A stretch of DNA of 63,970 nt, filler included, from Bipalium vagum (taxonomy: Eukaryota), in NCBI GenBank assembly GCA_037834085.1. It is 3 parts of 3 records of this genome, joined end to end, with 100 filler letters (N's around TTAATTAATTAA, not from the genome) between each part and the next. Parts side by side here need not be neighbours in the genome. Positions count along the whole stretch, not along the records: positions 1 to 25,327 come from JBBMKC010195275.1; positions 25,428 to 41,004 come from JBBMKC010158874.1; 1 more part is not named here. One strand, given 5' to 3'. Position numbers and translations under genes: made by a program. Positions 13,792 through 28,146 of this stretch are shown one piece after another. Below the pieces are notes generated by a model, which was not told the DNA's origin, searched no databases, and was given only the letters and a program-made list of their open reading frames with translations. Each line of letters begins with the position of its first letter. Positions within the stretch are counted from its first letter, which is position 1.

Positions 13792-16700
13792 ATGGATTCC
13801 CTGTTACCACAAGAGATTATAATGAAAAGGTACGGACAAAGATTTATAATATAAAATAATAAATTTATTTGAATGTTAATTTAAATAATTTTAAATAATT
13901 ATTTTCATTTTGCTTATATAATTTTACCTAAACTTGTTGACAAAATTCATCGTATATGATTTTATCTGTGATTTCTAAGACTATCGTATTTTGCTATTTA
14001 TTTTTAATCATTTATAATTCCTTGAGTATGTATACTTGATCATTTTTAAGTAATTGTTAAATAACAGTTTAAGGTCACTTGGAAACAGCAATAACAAAAA
14101 TCAAATTATTTTCCGTACGCCAAAGACTTTTTTATAAATGAGGCATTCTAAAAATTATGATAAAAATAATTAGTTTGAACGACACCAATAATGAGGAAAT
14201 AATTTTCTCAATTACTTAAAACAGGTTTAAGTTTTAAAACAAAGCTCTTACTAGAAGACCTTAATTATTTTTGATTTTTAATAGAAAAATACCTTCTGTT
14301 CTGATTTCTTAGATGATAATAGCCAATAAATTAGTCGTAATAAAAATTTACCTTCAATTATTAAAATGCTAATCATTGTTCCTTCTGGTTTTGGTAAAGT
14401 ATAATCATTATGTGATAAATATTATAAACCACAAATTATTAGATTATGATAAAATGATTATCTTTTTTGAAAAATAGCAAAAAGATACAAGTGGAAAAGA
14501 CTTAAGGGAAAACTAAGATTTCTTGAACGAAACTCATAATCTCAATACCAGACACCTTTTAATGAAGACCAGGTATATCATTATAATGATATTATAGTGA
14601 AATATAATGAAATCAAAAAATTGCAAAATACCTGTACAAAATCAAAGTCATCAAGTTATGATTATAAAATGAAGTATTTTTTAACTCCGTAAAGTACTTT
14701 AAGAAGTGATTATGTCATAGTCCGCTTCACTAATAGTATATCAATATTGATTGGTATCTACATTGTCATATTCAGTATAGCATGATTGAGAGTCAAGGTT
14801 TGTGGAATTCACTTTTGTCGGAATACAATCAAGCAAAAAAGAGAAATGTGACAATGAATTTTGAAAATATTAATAAAAACCTTAAAACCATACGGATTTT
14901 TATCTCCTCTACTTTTCGAGATTTTCATAATGAAAGAAACTTATTAGTAACGAAAATTTTTCCCAGACTTCGAGAATGGTGTCAGAATCACGGTCTTCAT
15001 TTAGTTGAATGTGACTTAAGGTGGGGTATTCCAGACTATTCGTCTTCTGAGGAAACATTAATAACTTGCTTTGAAGAAATTGATAAAGGTCGACATGAAT
15101 GTAATAATATGAATTTCTTTCTTGGCTTAATAGGCGACAGATTTGGATGGATTCCTGAATGTGGTCAAATTTCTGACGAGACGAGATTAAAGTATATTAT
15201 TTTCTATATATTATAATTTCTTCATTAATCTGTTTATTAAATTAAAATTATATTTAATTATTAATAAATAATCAAAATATTATTAATATATAATTAATCT
15301 AACTCAAAAATACGGATTATTTCTTTTTACTTATATTAATATTCCTTTCAAGACATATTCTAATCAATTAAAAGCGCCAAAGTTTCTATTGATAAACCTT
15401 TACTTATCTTCTTTCGTGATGCACTCTAGATTACAGAAGTTTATATATTTATGTGAAACGGTATTTTCATTTTAATAAATGTATTAAAATCAGCTCTGTT
15501 TTCAGAACCCTGCAACTATTGTTTATAAATTTTCGGGTGAATGCATTTTCTTTCTTCATTAATAATGGAACTTAAATACTACAGATCTCTTCACATACAT
15601 ATTTTCGTAAAATATCCTGTACTTTATATGGAAAATTATATAGTCTCAACATAACTTAAACTCATAGGTCATTCAGTATCATGTCGTCAATAATTTTAAG
15701 TGCTGTTACACATTTTTAATAACAGAGTAAATGAAAAAATTATTTTACAAAATATTTGATAAAATTAAACAATGAATAAATATATTTAAACGAATTTTTA
15801 AAAAGGTTTTCGGAATATTTGTGATAATTAAAAACCATTTACATTTTCCAGAGAGTCATATTTTAGAGATTTAAAAAGTTCTCACTGTTTCTGATTAAAT
15901 CTAAATTATAAAGCACAAAAATTAAAATAATTTGATTGGTTTAAATATTTTAATAATCATACAGAAATTTGAATTTCAATTGATAAAATTTATTTTTGAT
16001 ATTCCTTGGTATTTCTATTTAATTTTGGTATATCTGAAGTCGATGCCAGACTGTCTGTTTGCGATTATTGGTTAGAAAATGCCAAAGAAACTATTTTTAT
16101 GTTGTCTACCAGGCAAAACTTGCGTCAATGACAAACGTTTCAATTTTGAAAGTCTAATGGGTCTAGAAATAACAAAAATTATATATAAATATTTCACATG
16201 ATTTCTTACAAACTAAGGCTTAGACTATAAGGCTTTCAACTTCGCTACTTCAGTATTGCAAAAGAAAAGATTTTTGAAGACAGTCACTGTGCTCTTAGTG
16301 AATATTTTTTCATTTTTAAACTCTATTGATTATTTTCAACACCAGAGGTTAATTTTTGAAATATATATATGGTGGAAAGCAAAAGATTTTTTAATTAAAC
16401 CTTTTAAAACAAGATAAAATTATTACAAAAGCATTATACAAAGATATAAATTGATGCATAAAAAATCCTGGGAGAAGAAAGTTTTGAAAGACATTGGTTA
16501 GATATATTCTCCACCTATTAAGATAGTTCCTGAGACTTTTCCAATATGAGGAACACTAAATTGTAACAAATTTTTCTAGGCACATTTAACGTTAATTAAA
16601 AAAACTGGAAGAAAAATAATGAACAGACAATTCCTTTTTCAAATTTATTGAAATCACAAGTGCTATCTACAGATAGATTTTGTAACAACTGAAATTTAAG

Positions 16701-19700
16701 TTGACAGAATTGGCCAACTGATATTTACATTAAGGTTTCATCATCTACCATCTGCAGTCGTTTTAATTTTTAATTTAATTTTTTTTAAATTTAATTTCTG
16801 TCAGACCCGAAAATTTAATTTCGAAAAGATATAGCTATCCAAATTAAAAAAGCCTTGATTGCCTTATTATATTCAAAAAATTATTATTTAAAAAGTTTTG
16901 CCTGGTAAAGGTACAGTTTTAAGCTACATATTTACACAATACAATATAGTCATTCTCTTCATAAACACATCTCTGTCTCCTTTTTGTTAATCCTGTGAAA
17001 ACAGCCTTGTAAAATATGGAACAGAACTGCCCTTTTCTTATACAATGATCCAAAATCTTTTATAGTCTTCATTATAATTACATTTGCATGAACCGAATTG
17101 CTTTATTGCCCTATTGTTCTGTTCATTATTGGCTATACTTTCATCTTTATCCTCACTTTTCTTAGATTTTCTGATAAATTTAAAATTTTGATTTTTATAA
17201 TGTAATTTAGTTACAAATTGATAACGAACCAATACTAGGTCACTTGCATACCTGCAGTCTGTAGACACTACACCACATTACGCATTATACTTGTGTATTT
17301 ATGGACTTTAAGTCCATATTTAAAACTAAGACTAAGCATGAATAAGGTGATTTTAATTCCCTCAGTACCCTCAGAAGTTTTCGCGGCCCCGAATTTGCAA
17401 AACTGCATACATTTTTCATTATAGAATTTTTGAAGAATATAATAGATTTAGTATTCCCAATATCATATCCCTTTAATAGAACTAGTCATTTATAAGTTAC
17501 AGAGTCAGAAATATTCATTTTCTTGAAAATTTCTTGAATACAATTCTTTTCTTTTATTTCTGATAAGTTCAAGTTTTTCTTTTATTACATATTTGTTTCT
17601 ATATTTTTCCTTTCAGATTCTATAGAGGTGTGCTTTTTATAATAGATAATTTTTCGATATTTATACATAAACTATTTTTATTACTTCCTATATGTATATT
17701 ATATTATTTATTTATTTTATTCTATGATATTGATTGATTGATGACTCTGTCATAATCAATTATCTTTCATAATTGTCACAATTATTTCTAGGGTTTTAAC
17801 TATATAAATATTTTATTATTAAAATTTTATTAGTTATTTGTGAACAAGTTTTTATTAATAAAAGAAAATGGAAATTAGTGAAATATCGAAAAAATAACAT
17901 TTAATTATGATTTAGAAAATTTTAAAAATTAAGAAAAAAAATCAGAAAACTTAAGATATTTATATTTACCCATTGCTGTTTATTTATACTTAATATAAAA
18001 TATAAATTATAAAATTATATTTATATAAAATGTATTTATATAAGTTAATTACATCAAGAAAAATATTCTTTTGAAAGATTATTCAGACTTAATTAAATAT
18101 TTTTATTTAATAATACATTTGAAAATGCTTTTGTTAATTGTGTATTAATAATTGTAATGTTTACCTAAAAATATTTTTGAACTTAGAACATTTGTATTGG
18201 TCTTTCTCAATCGATTCTGATTCTTCTGAAAAATAATTTTATTTAAAATTATAAAATTCCTTTTCGGTTTGAAAATTATAAGATTTTATTATAAAAAGTG
18301 ATCGATATTGTTTTTAATTCTAATCATTTTTATTCGACCAGATTAAAAATTAATACTTTATAAGAACCAATAATACATTCACATAGATCATGACCTATGA
18401 AATGGTTGAACGATTCATATGTTTTTTTATCTTAGGTTCAAGTATCACTTTATTTTCTTATTTTCTCATATTATGAAAATTAGTATTAACAAAAAAATAT
18501 TGAACTGAAATATTGAATTAAAAGAATTTTATTAAATCAACAATTTGAAACTAGTACTAATATTTATATTTTTCCTTATTGATCGCATTCATTATTTTAA
18601 ATTCTTATTCTCTGGGAAATGATTCGGAAAACCCAGGCAATTGATAGGTATGAATTAATAGTGTTGAATTAAAGGCATTATGGAAGAGTAAAGGAAGTAT
18701 AAATGAACCCAACCATCTCCAGGAGCTTGATTTAGAAATTCCTCAACAATTCCTTTTTTTCCGCTCACTGTCTAACTAAGTGAAAGGTATTAATTTAAAA
18801 TAAGAGGAAGGCCTTAAAACCTATTGATCATTTCTTAAATAAAGGTTTTCACAATCTGTTTGTAAGATCAGAAAAGGTCCTAAATAATAACGGAAATTAC
18901 ATTATCGATGGATTTTTCATTATTAATTTTAAATAAAATGTTTTATTGATTATAAATATATATTATTCAAAATCAAGAAAATTTATATAAGATCGTTCTA
19001 TAAGTCTTTATTGTTTTTCATAGACTATTATTTTATGTTGTTTTACTACATTTATTTGATATGCTAATCATTTAAAATTATATGTAATGAAATTGTATTA
19101 TTCATATTCATGTACTTCTTTATATAAACTTAATCAATGAGTATTTTGGTGATGGCCTTTGTAGGAGAAATGATAAGAACATGCATGCTACATTTTTTAA
19201 ATTCAGATATTACATTAAATCATAAAAAATCAATTTTGAAGCAGTGAGAGGGTTATATTTCTTTATACTTTGATTAATCATTTCTTCGGAAAAAATATTT
19301 AATATTTCATCATGTAATGATTAAAACTCTTTTTTGAAAGAAATAAGGACTAAATATTATTGTAAAAACAAATAAAATATTTAAAATTAATAAAATCTTA
19401 TATTAATATAATACAAAAGGATTGATAAAATCATTAGTTTGAGATATGTTTACAATTTCAGATTTTTAAATTGAGCATGGTTGAAAAATGGTAATTAATA
19501 AAATATTAATTAATAAACACTTCTTTAATTTATTTCCTTTATTTAGTAATCACCATTTACACAGAAATAGATATAATTATTTATTTTTATCAAAAAATAA
19601 TTAAATAAAAATGAGATTGAACACGTCCTGTTCTCTCATTAATTAAGAAAACCGGAATTTGGAAAGTCTATTATAAATCTCTATTACAGAATCTCTGTGT

Positions 19701-22700
19701 TACAGTATCAAATGTTCTGAATGCAAATTAAAATAATTTTGTAATTGTAAATTTGTGTTAGTGTACTGGCTGCCAATTTTTAAAAATATTTTATTGTTTT
19801 TATGAATTAATATCAGTGATTCATTTCGATTATCTGGTAAAGGGAGAAATGATAACAGCAGAGAAATATTACCTAGATATTGATATTATGCAAAAAAAAT
19901 TGAAAAGAATATCAATAGAAATGGTCAAATTCTTTTGCTAGACAATGCCCGTCCACACATAGCAGATCAAATCATGGATAAGCTAAAAAGCCTACATTAT
20001 GAAATTCTGATACATCCTTCTTAGTCGCCTGATCTTTCGCCAACTGATCTCCATCTATCCAAACATTTACATAATTATTTGAAAAGTACTGAAAAGATTT
20101 CAGAACTAAGAGGAGAATTTGAACAGTTCATTGCCTTCAGATCTGTCGATTTCTATCGCAAATTAATGAAAAATTTGCCAACTCGTTGTCAAAAATGCAT
20201 AAATGCTAATTGTTTTTATTATAATCAGTAAACCTTTTATTTAGGCTGATTTATGCTGTTTTGATATGAATTTACAAAAAAATTGCAAAACTTTCTGAAC
20301 AGCCTAATATTATTCTATATTTTCATTTTATAAATACTTTGATTATTTGATTCCAGGATTATTACTTATGTGACTTTATATGAAATTGAATTCCGAGAAT
20401 TACTTTTAAATTAATTTTTACAATTGAAACCCAGTTCCAGATGACATGTTAAGTTCAACGCTGAAATCCGAAATCTTTCTCTATCACAAAAAAGACCTGC
20501 TCTTTTTATTCCTTGAACTTCTCATGTACAGATTATTATGTTTTTAAATATCTGAGAAAAGCGAAGCAATGTTAAAACTGACTTCAACAATCTCGTGATC
20601 TTCAGAATATATTACACTTCTGTTTTACAGGGTGACCAGAAAAAAAGGGACAAATTTTGCTGTGTTCTTAAAAGAAACTTTTTTGTTTTATTAATATACT
20701 TTTTTGTTTATTGAAATCTAGGATCGTGTTAGTATTGATTTTTTTCTTTTTTTAGATATTGATCATATTTTGTGTAATTTTTAAATGTCAAATAAACGTG
20801 AGATAATTTTTGAATTTTTTCCTTCCGGAAAAGTCAATTTAAAATTAGTTAATTGTTGAATGTCCCAAAAGCAAACAGTCTCTAACGTCATTCCACGATC
20901 CAAAGAACTTGGTCATATTGGTCGGCGTCCAGGAAGTGGAAGGAAACGAACTATCAATATCTCTTACAATCGCCAACTCATTAGTAAGAGGATCAAGCGA
21001 AATCCTACACTCTCCGTAATAAAAGTCACCCGTGAGAATGGGCTCAAACGTGAATCTGCTCGAATGATAGGAAAAAACGAGCTGCAGCTCGGGCCTTACA
21101 AGTTCCAATAAGTTCAGCTCTTAACGGATAAAAACAGACGAGTAAGACTCCAAAGATGTCGAGTTCTGAAACTGTAAACCGCAGGTCAGCGTTGGGAGCG
21201 AATTCTTTTCTCAGATGAAAGGTTATTTACCATCGAACAATCCCATAATCAACAAAATGATAGGATACGGTCACCAAAGGCTACTGCGAACTCCAAAATT
21301 ATAGAACACCACCAAAATACAGAATCTGTCATGGTCTGGGGTGGTGTCTGTGCAAGTGGCAAAACTCCTCTAATTTTCGTGGATAAGTGAGTGAAAATCA
21401 AACAAGATATATATATCGACGGGACATATTGGAATCACTTCCTTGGTCCAAATAGCATTTTAAGAATGAAGAATGGATCTTTCAACAAGACTCCACTCCA
21501 GCCCATAAAGCCAAAAATACTCATAAATAGTGCAAATCAAATTTACCGGATTTTATCACGTCTCGAGAATGACCGCCATACGCCCCGGATACTAACCCGA
21601 TGCACTACAGTATATGGTCTATTTTGGAGAAAAGAGTATATGCTGAGCGTCACCAAAATTTGGAAACACTGAAAAAATCTCTGAGTCGAGAATGGGACTG
21701 TTTGTCATCCAAAGAGCTGTGGCCAATTGCTGAGAATTCTACAAAACGTCTGGCAAACTATTTTCGCGAAAAGGGTTGACATTTCGAAACCAATTGAATA
21801 TATAAATTCAAAATGATTCATTTATTGTTAATTTTCTTATTTTCTTCTTATATTTCTTTTCTTTAAAAAATTATAGTTAAAAATATGTCAGGGCTTTTCT
21901 GGTCACCCTGTATATGCTACTTGTAATAATTATGTGCGAAAAAATATTTTTAAACTAAAAAAAATTTCATATATTCAATAAAAATGTTCATCAAAAATGA
22001 CACCTGTGGTTGTCAGATTTATTTCTAACTTATCTTTTTCAGATATCAGTGGATCGAAGGAAGCTCAGTAACATTAATGGAGATTTTGCATGGAATCATT
22101 AGGACCCTTACACCAAATGCCCTTATCATGATACGTTCACAAGAATTTTTAGAAGATTTGCCCAATAACTTCAAATCAGATTTCATTGAAACCAATTCAG
22201 TGCCAATAGTCAATTTGAAATTGTTTAAAGATTTTTTGATGTTGAAATTTAGAAAAAACGCAACTTTGAATTTTTATAATGTTGAATACGATGGAATAAT
22301 TCATGATAAGCTTTTAGATAAAAATAGAGTAACCTTTAAGAAATTAGAAGAATTTGCTAAATATGTTGAAAACCATTTCATAAAGTGCATTAAGAACAAT
22401 TTCATACCTTTTATTAAGTCTCCAATATCTGCAGATAATATGGACGAGGTTCACGAATATATGGTCGATTGTTTAGTTAAACCAAATACAATAGGAAACG
22501 CAACATTTTATAAACTTTTTAATCATCTCAAAGACTTATCTGTGAACCTTAACCGAAACTCAAATTCTATATTAATTCTTTCTGGACAAGCTGGAATGGG
22601 CAAGTCGACAATATTAGCACAATGTGCTAAAGAGATAAAGAAGTTGGCAAATTGTGATGCCTTTTTTCACAGTTTCTCATGCACTTCTAATAGCAAATTT

Positions 22701-24110
22701 AATTCTACGGTTGGAGACAGATTACTTCGATTTTTATCAATTGAAAACCATATGGATACTCAGACAATAGAAGAAAGAATGGAAACTATTCTCAAGGCCT
22801 TAAAATATGGTCCGAAGAGAAAAGGAAAAGAGATCTATTATATTTTTTTAGATGGAATTGACGAAATGTCTTACGACCATAGCTTACAATGGATTCCGGA
22901 CTGTACCTCAGCTACAATTGTTATGGTAATCAGTAGCCTAATTGATCCTGATAAAGATTCATTCTACTCTCTTTTAACAAATTCCCAAAAATGTATAAAT
23001 GAATTCTCAATAGAATCTATGGAAAGACATGAATTACTCAGTATGGTTAACGATTATCTTGACAGTTTTGGAAAGAGGCTAGATTCCGATCAAATAAGTA
23101 AACTGATGAGTTTTAAAAACTCTAACAATCCACTTTGGCTGATTTCAGCTTGTGAAGAGCTTAGGATCCATGGTGACTATTCCACATTGACGAAACTCAT
23201 CCTATCTTTGCCTCCTACTATAGCCGAGTTAAATGAGATGATTATTAAACGATTATTAAGACAGGATTCGAAGAATATTTTGAGAACATTTCTTCAATTA
23301 CTTGTGATTTCTAAGTCTGGTTTATGGGAGAGCTTAGTAAAAGATATGTTGGCCACAAGATTAAATTATCCCGAGACGGTAAGTCATTGTCTGTGGATTG
23401 ATGTTAAATGGCAATTTAAAGGGTTTTTACTATTTGAGGCTCAATGTCTACCACTCATCAAATTACGGCATAGAGTAATAAAAGAATCTATTGAAAAAGA
23501 ACTGTCCATGGGCAACAAATTTCAAATATCCCTGCATAAAGAAATGGCTTTATTTTATGAAAAGCACTTAAATAATTCAAGTCATATGTTTCTTCCAGAT
23601 TACATATATCATCTTGTCAAATCCAATTCTCGCAACCAATTGATAAGGTTCATGAGAACTAGAAGGTCATGGGAAATATTTAGACAATCATATATTCGTG
23701 GAATGATAATGTTAAGTATGCGCTGTAATAATAAAACTATTCACTGTTCCTCAAAAAAAGAAGACGAGTTGGTCATGTGCAATTTTTGTGCCCATAAGTC
23801 TGGAGAGTTATCCATCCATACATCGAACAGGAATTGTTGTTTTTTCTGCGGAAATGTGATTTTCAACAATAACATAAAAACAAAATTATTTTCCTGTCAG
23901 TTTCATAAGCAATTGTCTTGTCAAAAGAAATGCAGTTTATGTGAAGGGGTGACATCGAGTTTGGGAAGAGTGAAACTTCAAGTCTGTCAATTGTGTCAAG
24001 TCGGCAATGAATTTGGAAAGTGTGGAGTTCTCGTTAAAGAAGAAGACATTCTGTTTGATCAACAATTGGAATTCAGTAAAGCTGTTTATAAAATTGAAAA
24101 CTTTATCTAA
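13792..24110 (+). CDS. DUF4062 + STAND/NACHT NTPase (TEP1/NPHP3/NWD-like) with C-terminal Cys-rich zinc module; 3 exons, 838 aa
   Basis: Exons 13792-13829, 14781-15191 and 22043-24110 join at GT-AG sites with matching phase 2/2 into one 2517-nt ORF. DUF4062 signature IRIFISSTFRDFHNERNLL...ECDLRWGI...GDRFGW, then SVTLMEI. Walker A GQAGMGKST (about 22584), Walker B YYIFLDGIDE, NPLWL motif. Exon 1 is the least certain. Confidence 0.88.
19800..20307 (+). mobile_element. mariner 3' half, in intron 2 of the STAND gene
   Basis: LLLDNARPHIA and HPS*SPDLSPTD motifs; TIR-like end aaaactttctgaacagcctaa followed by TA. Confidence 0.85.
20628..21910 (+). mobile_element. DD37D (maT-like) Tc1/mariner element, full length but disrupted, intronic
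   Basis: TA-flanked TIRs cagggtgaccagaaaa / ttttctggtcaccctg. Motifs GSGRKRT, FSDERLFTIE, VMVWGGV, FQQDSTPAH and PPYAPDTNPMHYSIW. Stops and frameshifts present. Confidence 0.9.
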
Positions 24111-25256
24111 CACAACCGTCATTCAAAATTTATCAGAAATAATATACAATATTTTATTTTCGAAAAAAGAAAAATGTCAATTAATAATGCAAAAATGCTT
24201 ATTTAATCAGTAGTTATATAAAATGTCTCAGTAATTACTGTTAATTAGTTATGAAATTGCAAGAAATAAAATAAATAAAAATATTTTTAAACTGATATTA
24301 TAACTAGATATGAATTAAAACAAAATCGATAACTAGATGGAACGGTGATAAATATTTTTGATTAATTTTCACAATTATTATCATATGAAATATATTATAT
24401 AGAAAATCATTGGCCATAAATTAAAGATATATATTTGGAAGGATAAAAATAAAACGCTGATACGGTAATAAAAAGGAAATATAAGTGTAAGTATCAATCT
24501 TTTGTTGATATATTGTTAATCAAGTTTGCAAAATCTGTTATTCATAGAATAGATATGGAATTTTCCTATTTACTTTTCTAAAGAATTTTTTGACTTTCAG
24601 AGCAATGGAAAAGTAATAATAATAGAGGACTTCTATTCATGTGAGGAGATTTGTATATCAATTAGACTCTATTGAAATTTAGACAATTTGATCAGCCACC
24701 GAGTTTTGAACTCATGGCTATCAGATAATCATTTTCCTTAAATCATTCTCATAAGTGACATAAAAGATAAACGGTATTTTATATTTTTCTGTTAGAATCC
24801 AAACACCATGTGGACAGAATATTATGAGATCGACCTATCTGGAAAAAAAAAGAATTTTTAATATGAAATTTCGAAAAGAATTTTGTACAGTCAAACTGGA
24901 AAATAAACTGAAGAAAAATATCTTTTAAATTAAATCCTTTAAAAAATTAATTAATTTATCTTAATGAGGCGTAAAAAAATGTTCTATTTACATCTTTTCG
25001 GAAAATAATAGTACTAAACGGAATTATTTGGTTTTAACTATGAGAATGACCCATAAGTTTTCAGAGTTTGTAATATAATTTTGTTATTGGATACAAAAAT
25101 AATAATGATCCAAAAATAGATATTGACAACAGAATTAAGACTTTGGTTTAGTATTCATCGTGTACGTTCATTTGTCAGCTGTTCTTAATAGAGTAAAATA
25201 TCTACATACTCTAATGTATTTTAAGATATTTAAGAGAAAGGTTTCATATTGTGATA

Positions 25257-25257
<1 letters not shown>

Positions 25258-25327
<70 letters not shown>
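25258..25327. repeat. (AAT)n microsatellite running into an assembly gap
   Basis: Perfect aat repeat of more than 20 units ending at the N run. Confidence 0.95.
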
Positions 25328-25427
25328 NNNNNNNNNNNNNNNNNNNNNNNNNNNNNNNNNNNNNNNNNNNNTTAATTAATTAANNNNNNNNNNNNNNNNN
25401 NNNNNNNNNNNNNNNNNNNNNNNNNNN
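25328..25427. other. Scaffold gap with artificial six-frame-stop spacer
   Basis: 44 N + TTAATTAATTAA + 44 N = 100 nt. Confidence 0.97.
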
Positions 25428-26399
25428 ATGGTAGCAAGAATGTCTCCTTACTTTTACTCTTTTCAGAAAATACGCGGTTTTTTTTGAATACCCCTATATT
25501 AATATAATATAATATAATAATAAAAAATAATAAAATAATAAAATAATAAAATATAAAATAATAATATAAATAAAAAAATTTAAATAAAAAATAATACAAT
25601 AACAAAATAATATATTATAATAAAATTATAAACTTTAAAAAATTATTCACTACAATATTTTTAAAAATATTATTTTTTATTATTTTTTACTAATTGGTAT
25701 GAAGTAAATAATATATACAACAATTTGCAGAATAATAAAGGATAAAATAAATTAAATGAATAAATATTCTCATCAAAATAGCTTTAAAAATGAATGAAAC
25801 AGAAAACTGCATTAAAAATAAAAAAAAATAAGAATAAAAATAATTACTACACTGATTGGATTTTTTGAATTATAAAATTAATGATAATATAATAATAAAA
25901 TGGAAAATGCAAATTAAGAATAATGAGATTTATAGCAATATTAAAATTATTACTAAAGAATTCAATTAAATAAAAAAAGATAAATAATTTTATATTTTTA
26001 ATTGCAGTGTTTAATCTGTGCTTTTATTTTTGTTTAGGTTTGCAGAATTACCTCAATCTCTCCTTTTTCAATTGAATATAAAATAAATAAAAATAAAAAT
26101 CATATTTTTCATATTACATTTAAATGTTTTTTTTTAAGTTTTTACTTTAATTTTCTTTGTTTTAATTTTAAAACGTCTCAAAATATCATGTATTGTAACA
26201 CGCGGTTTTACTAAATAAATTAAGAAGGAGAAATTCCTTCACTATGAAATTAAACAAATTATTAGATGGATCTTTATGTATATTTTAACAACTTTGAAGT
26301 GTAATAAATCTTTGAATATTTAGTTTTGTTTGACTGAACTATTTGACGCACGTAAATTGACATGTATTATATAAAAATTGTAATATAATTAATTTTATT

Positions 26400-27330
26400 T
26401 TTAGATTATGCATTGATTGTAGGGCAGGCGATAGACTTATCGTTGAAGAGAGAGTCAAAATAATTGAAATGAACTATAAATTTAGCTTACTCATAACAAT
26501 TCAAAGAATATGGAAACCAGAAAAAAATACAGATCCACAATGTAGACGAACGCAATATTTTAAAAATTCATCAACATCGGAAGTGTCTTGGATGCAGGAA
26601 AAAGTGGATTCTAGCCAAGCAGGAGTGAAAATATTATGGATGAAAAAATTAATCACTGCTGCAAGAAAAACCAAACACCGCTTAGATGGCTGTCAATGAA
26701 TGTCATACCTCACTTGAGTTAGTTCGTAAAATAGTGAAGACAGTAGATTTTAAACCGTACATCTCCAGAATAGTTCAGTCTTTGACAGAAGATGATTTTG
26801 ATAAACAAGGAGAGTCTTGTGAGGAATTCCTTTTTCGACAGAGAAGCAAATCTGTGGAATCCTTATTCTGAGGAACGATGAAATTAAATTTTATGTCGAC
26901 AGCTGTGTGATAACGGAGCTTTATTGGTGGTCACACAATCATCATCTAAGACTGGAACGGTTGATCAATTCTTCTGGTGTCATGTTTGGGACCCTTGTTT
27001 ATGATGGTGGCTTGATTTGAATTTATTTCTTCAAAAATGTGGCAGGCACAAATTACCTACACATATTTAAAGCTTACTTTTGTACTGTTTTATATGAATT
27101 ATCACTAGCTTCCTCAATGCTTTCCATGCAAGATGGCACTCTTGTATACAGGTCTTTAGCAATTCCAGAATGACTACGACAAGATTTTCAAAAAAAGTAG
27201 ATATGAGAAGAAGATGGATTGATTGATTTTTTTTTGATTGGCCTGTAAGTCACCGGAGCTGACCACCATGAATTTTTTTGTGTGGACCATATCAATCACA
27301 TAGTTTGCAGGTCTCGTTTATAACCAATTC
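26400..27330 (+). mobile_element. Tc1/mariner (DUF4817-type) transposase remnant
   Basis: EERVKII, GSVLDAGKSG, KPYISRIVQSLTEDDFDK, and a degenerate WPxxSPxLTP motif near 27240. Multiple frameshifts. Confidence 0.7.
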
Positions 27331-27606
27331 TTCACTTAATCTTTTTAGCTGATGTTAATATTCTTTCCCTTAATTATTGGACAATCTCTATAACTGTTTT
27401 TCTATGCTACGTATTCATGTATATATATACCGGGTGTTCAAGTTAAAAGTTCATAGATAAAAGATTGTTCAAACTTCCTACAGGTAATGAATTTATGAAA
27501 ATTTTACATTTTCATTAAGATAAAAGATGCGGATTTATTTTTTTAACTAAATTGAATTACAAGATTTGTTATATTTTATCAAAATAGTACATGTAAAATA
27601 TATATA

Positions 27607-28146
27607 CAGGATTTTTCAAAAATGTATACACATTTAATTGAAAGTGTGAACTAACATTGGTATGTAGCATTTCATGTAGCAGCGCCCTAAAGTTTGGTGA
27701 ACAGAATCTTTTGAGATTCCTAGCTCAAAACTCTTGCTTGTATCACAGATGTTTGTGGACGTCGATTAAACAATTCCAGTATTCTTTCTTCCTTGGTAGT
27801 ACTTCTGGATATTCTCCGTCTTCCAGAACGGTTTGTGTAGACATTATTAATAGTTCCATATTTTTCGAATTTATCCTTTATTTGACTGATTATCAGTCTT
27901 GTTGAAGAATCTATCTGAAATTCTTTCTTGAAAAGAGTCTGTACCTCTTTTATGTTTTCAAACTTGAAGTAATTTTTGAAAATAAATTTTCGCTGCTTAA
28001 GTTCAACCTATCTTTTATGATTCAACCTTTCATGAATCATTTTAGATGTTTAAAATTTCTTACCAGTTATTGGAGTATTTAAACAAACTATATAACAAGT
28101 AATAAGGATTTATAATTACTTAACCATTCATATTTAAAGTTTCTAT
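27607..28146 (-). mobile_element. Internally deleted Tc1/mariner derivative
   Basis: TA-flanked imperfect inverted ends caggatttttcaaaaatg / catttttgagacactctg. RSGRRR motif on the minus strand. Confidence 0.45.

Noticed and set aside
16400-17500. ORF 17038-17268 and neighbours as a nested gene in the STAND intron
   Set aside because: No domain or consistent splice pattern; probably a decayed transposon.
14782-24110. Calling the gene TEP1
   Set aside because: No TROVE/vWA domain or WD40 repeats; only the DUF4062-NACHT module is shared.
25328-25427. Palindromic TTAATTAATTAA embedded in N runs (again at 41049-41060)
   Set aside because: Identical 44N+12+44N structure twice. It is an artificial six-frame-stop scaffold spacer, not biology. 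True distances across these gaps are unknown.
25372-25605. Hydrophobic ORF MLLYYFLFKFF...
   Set aside because: Low-complexity AT-rich sequence running into the gap.
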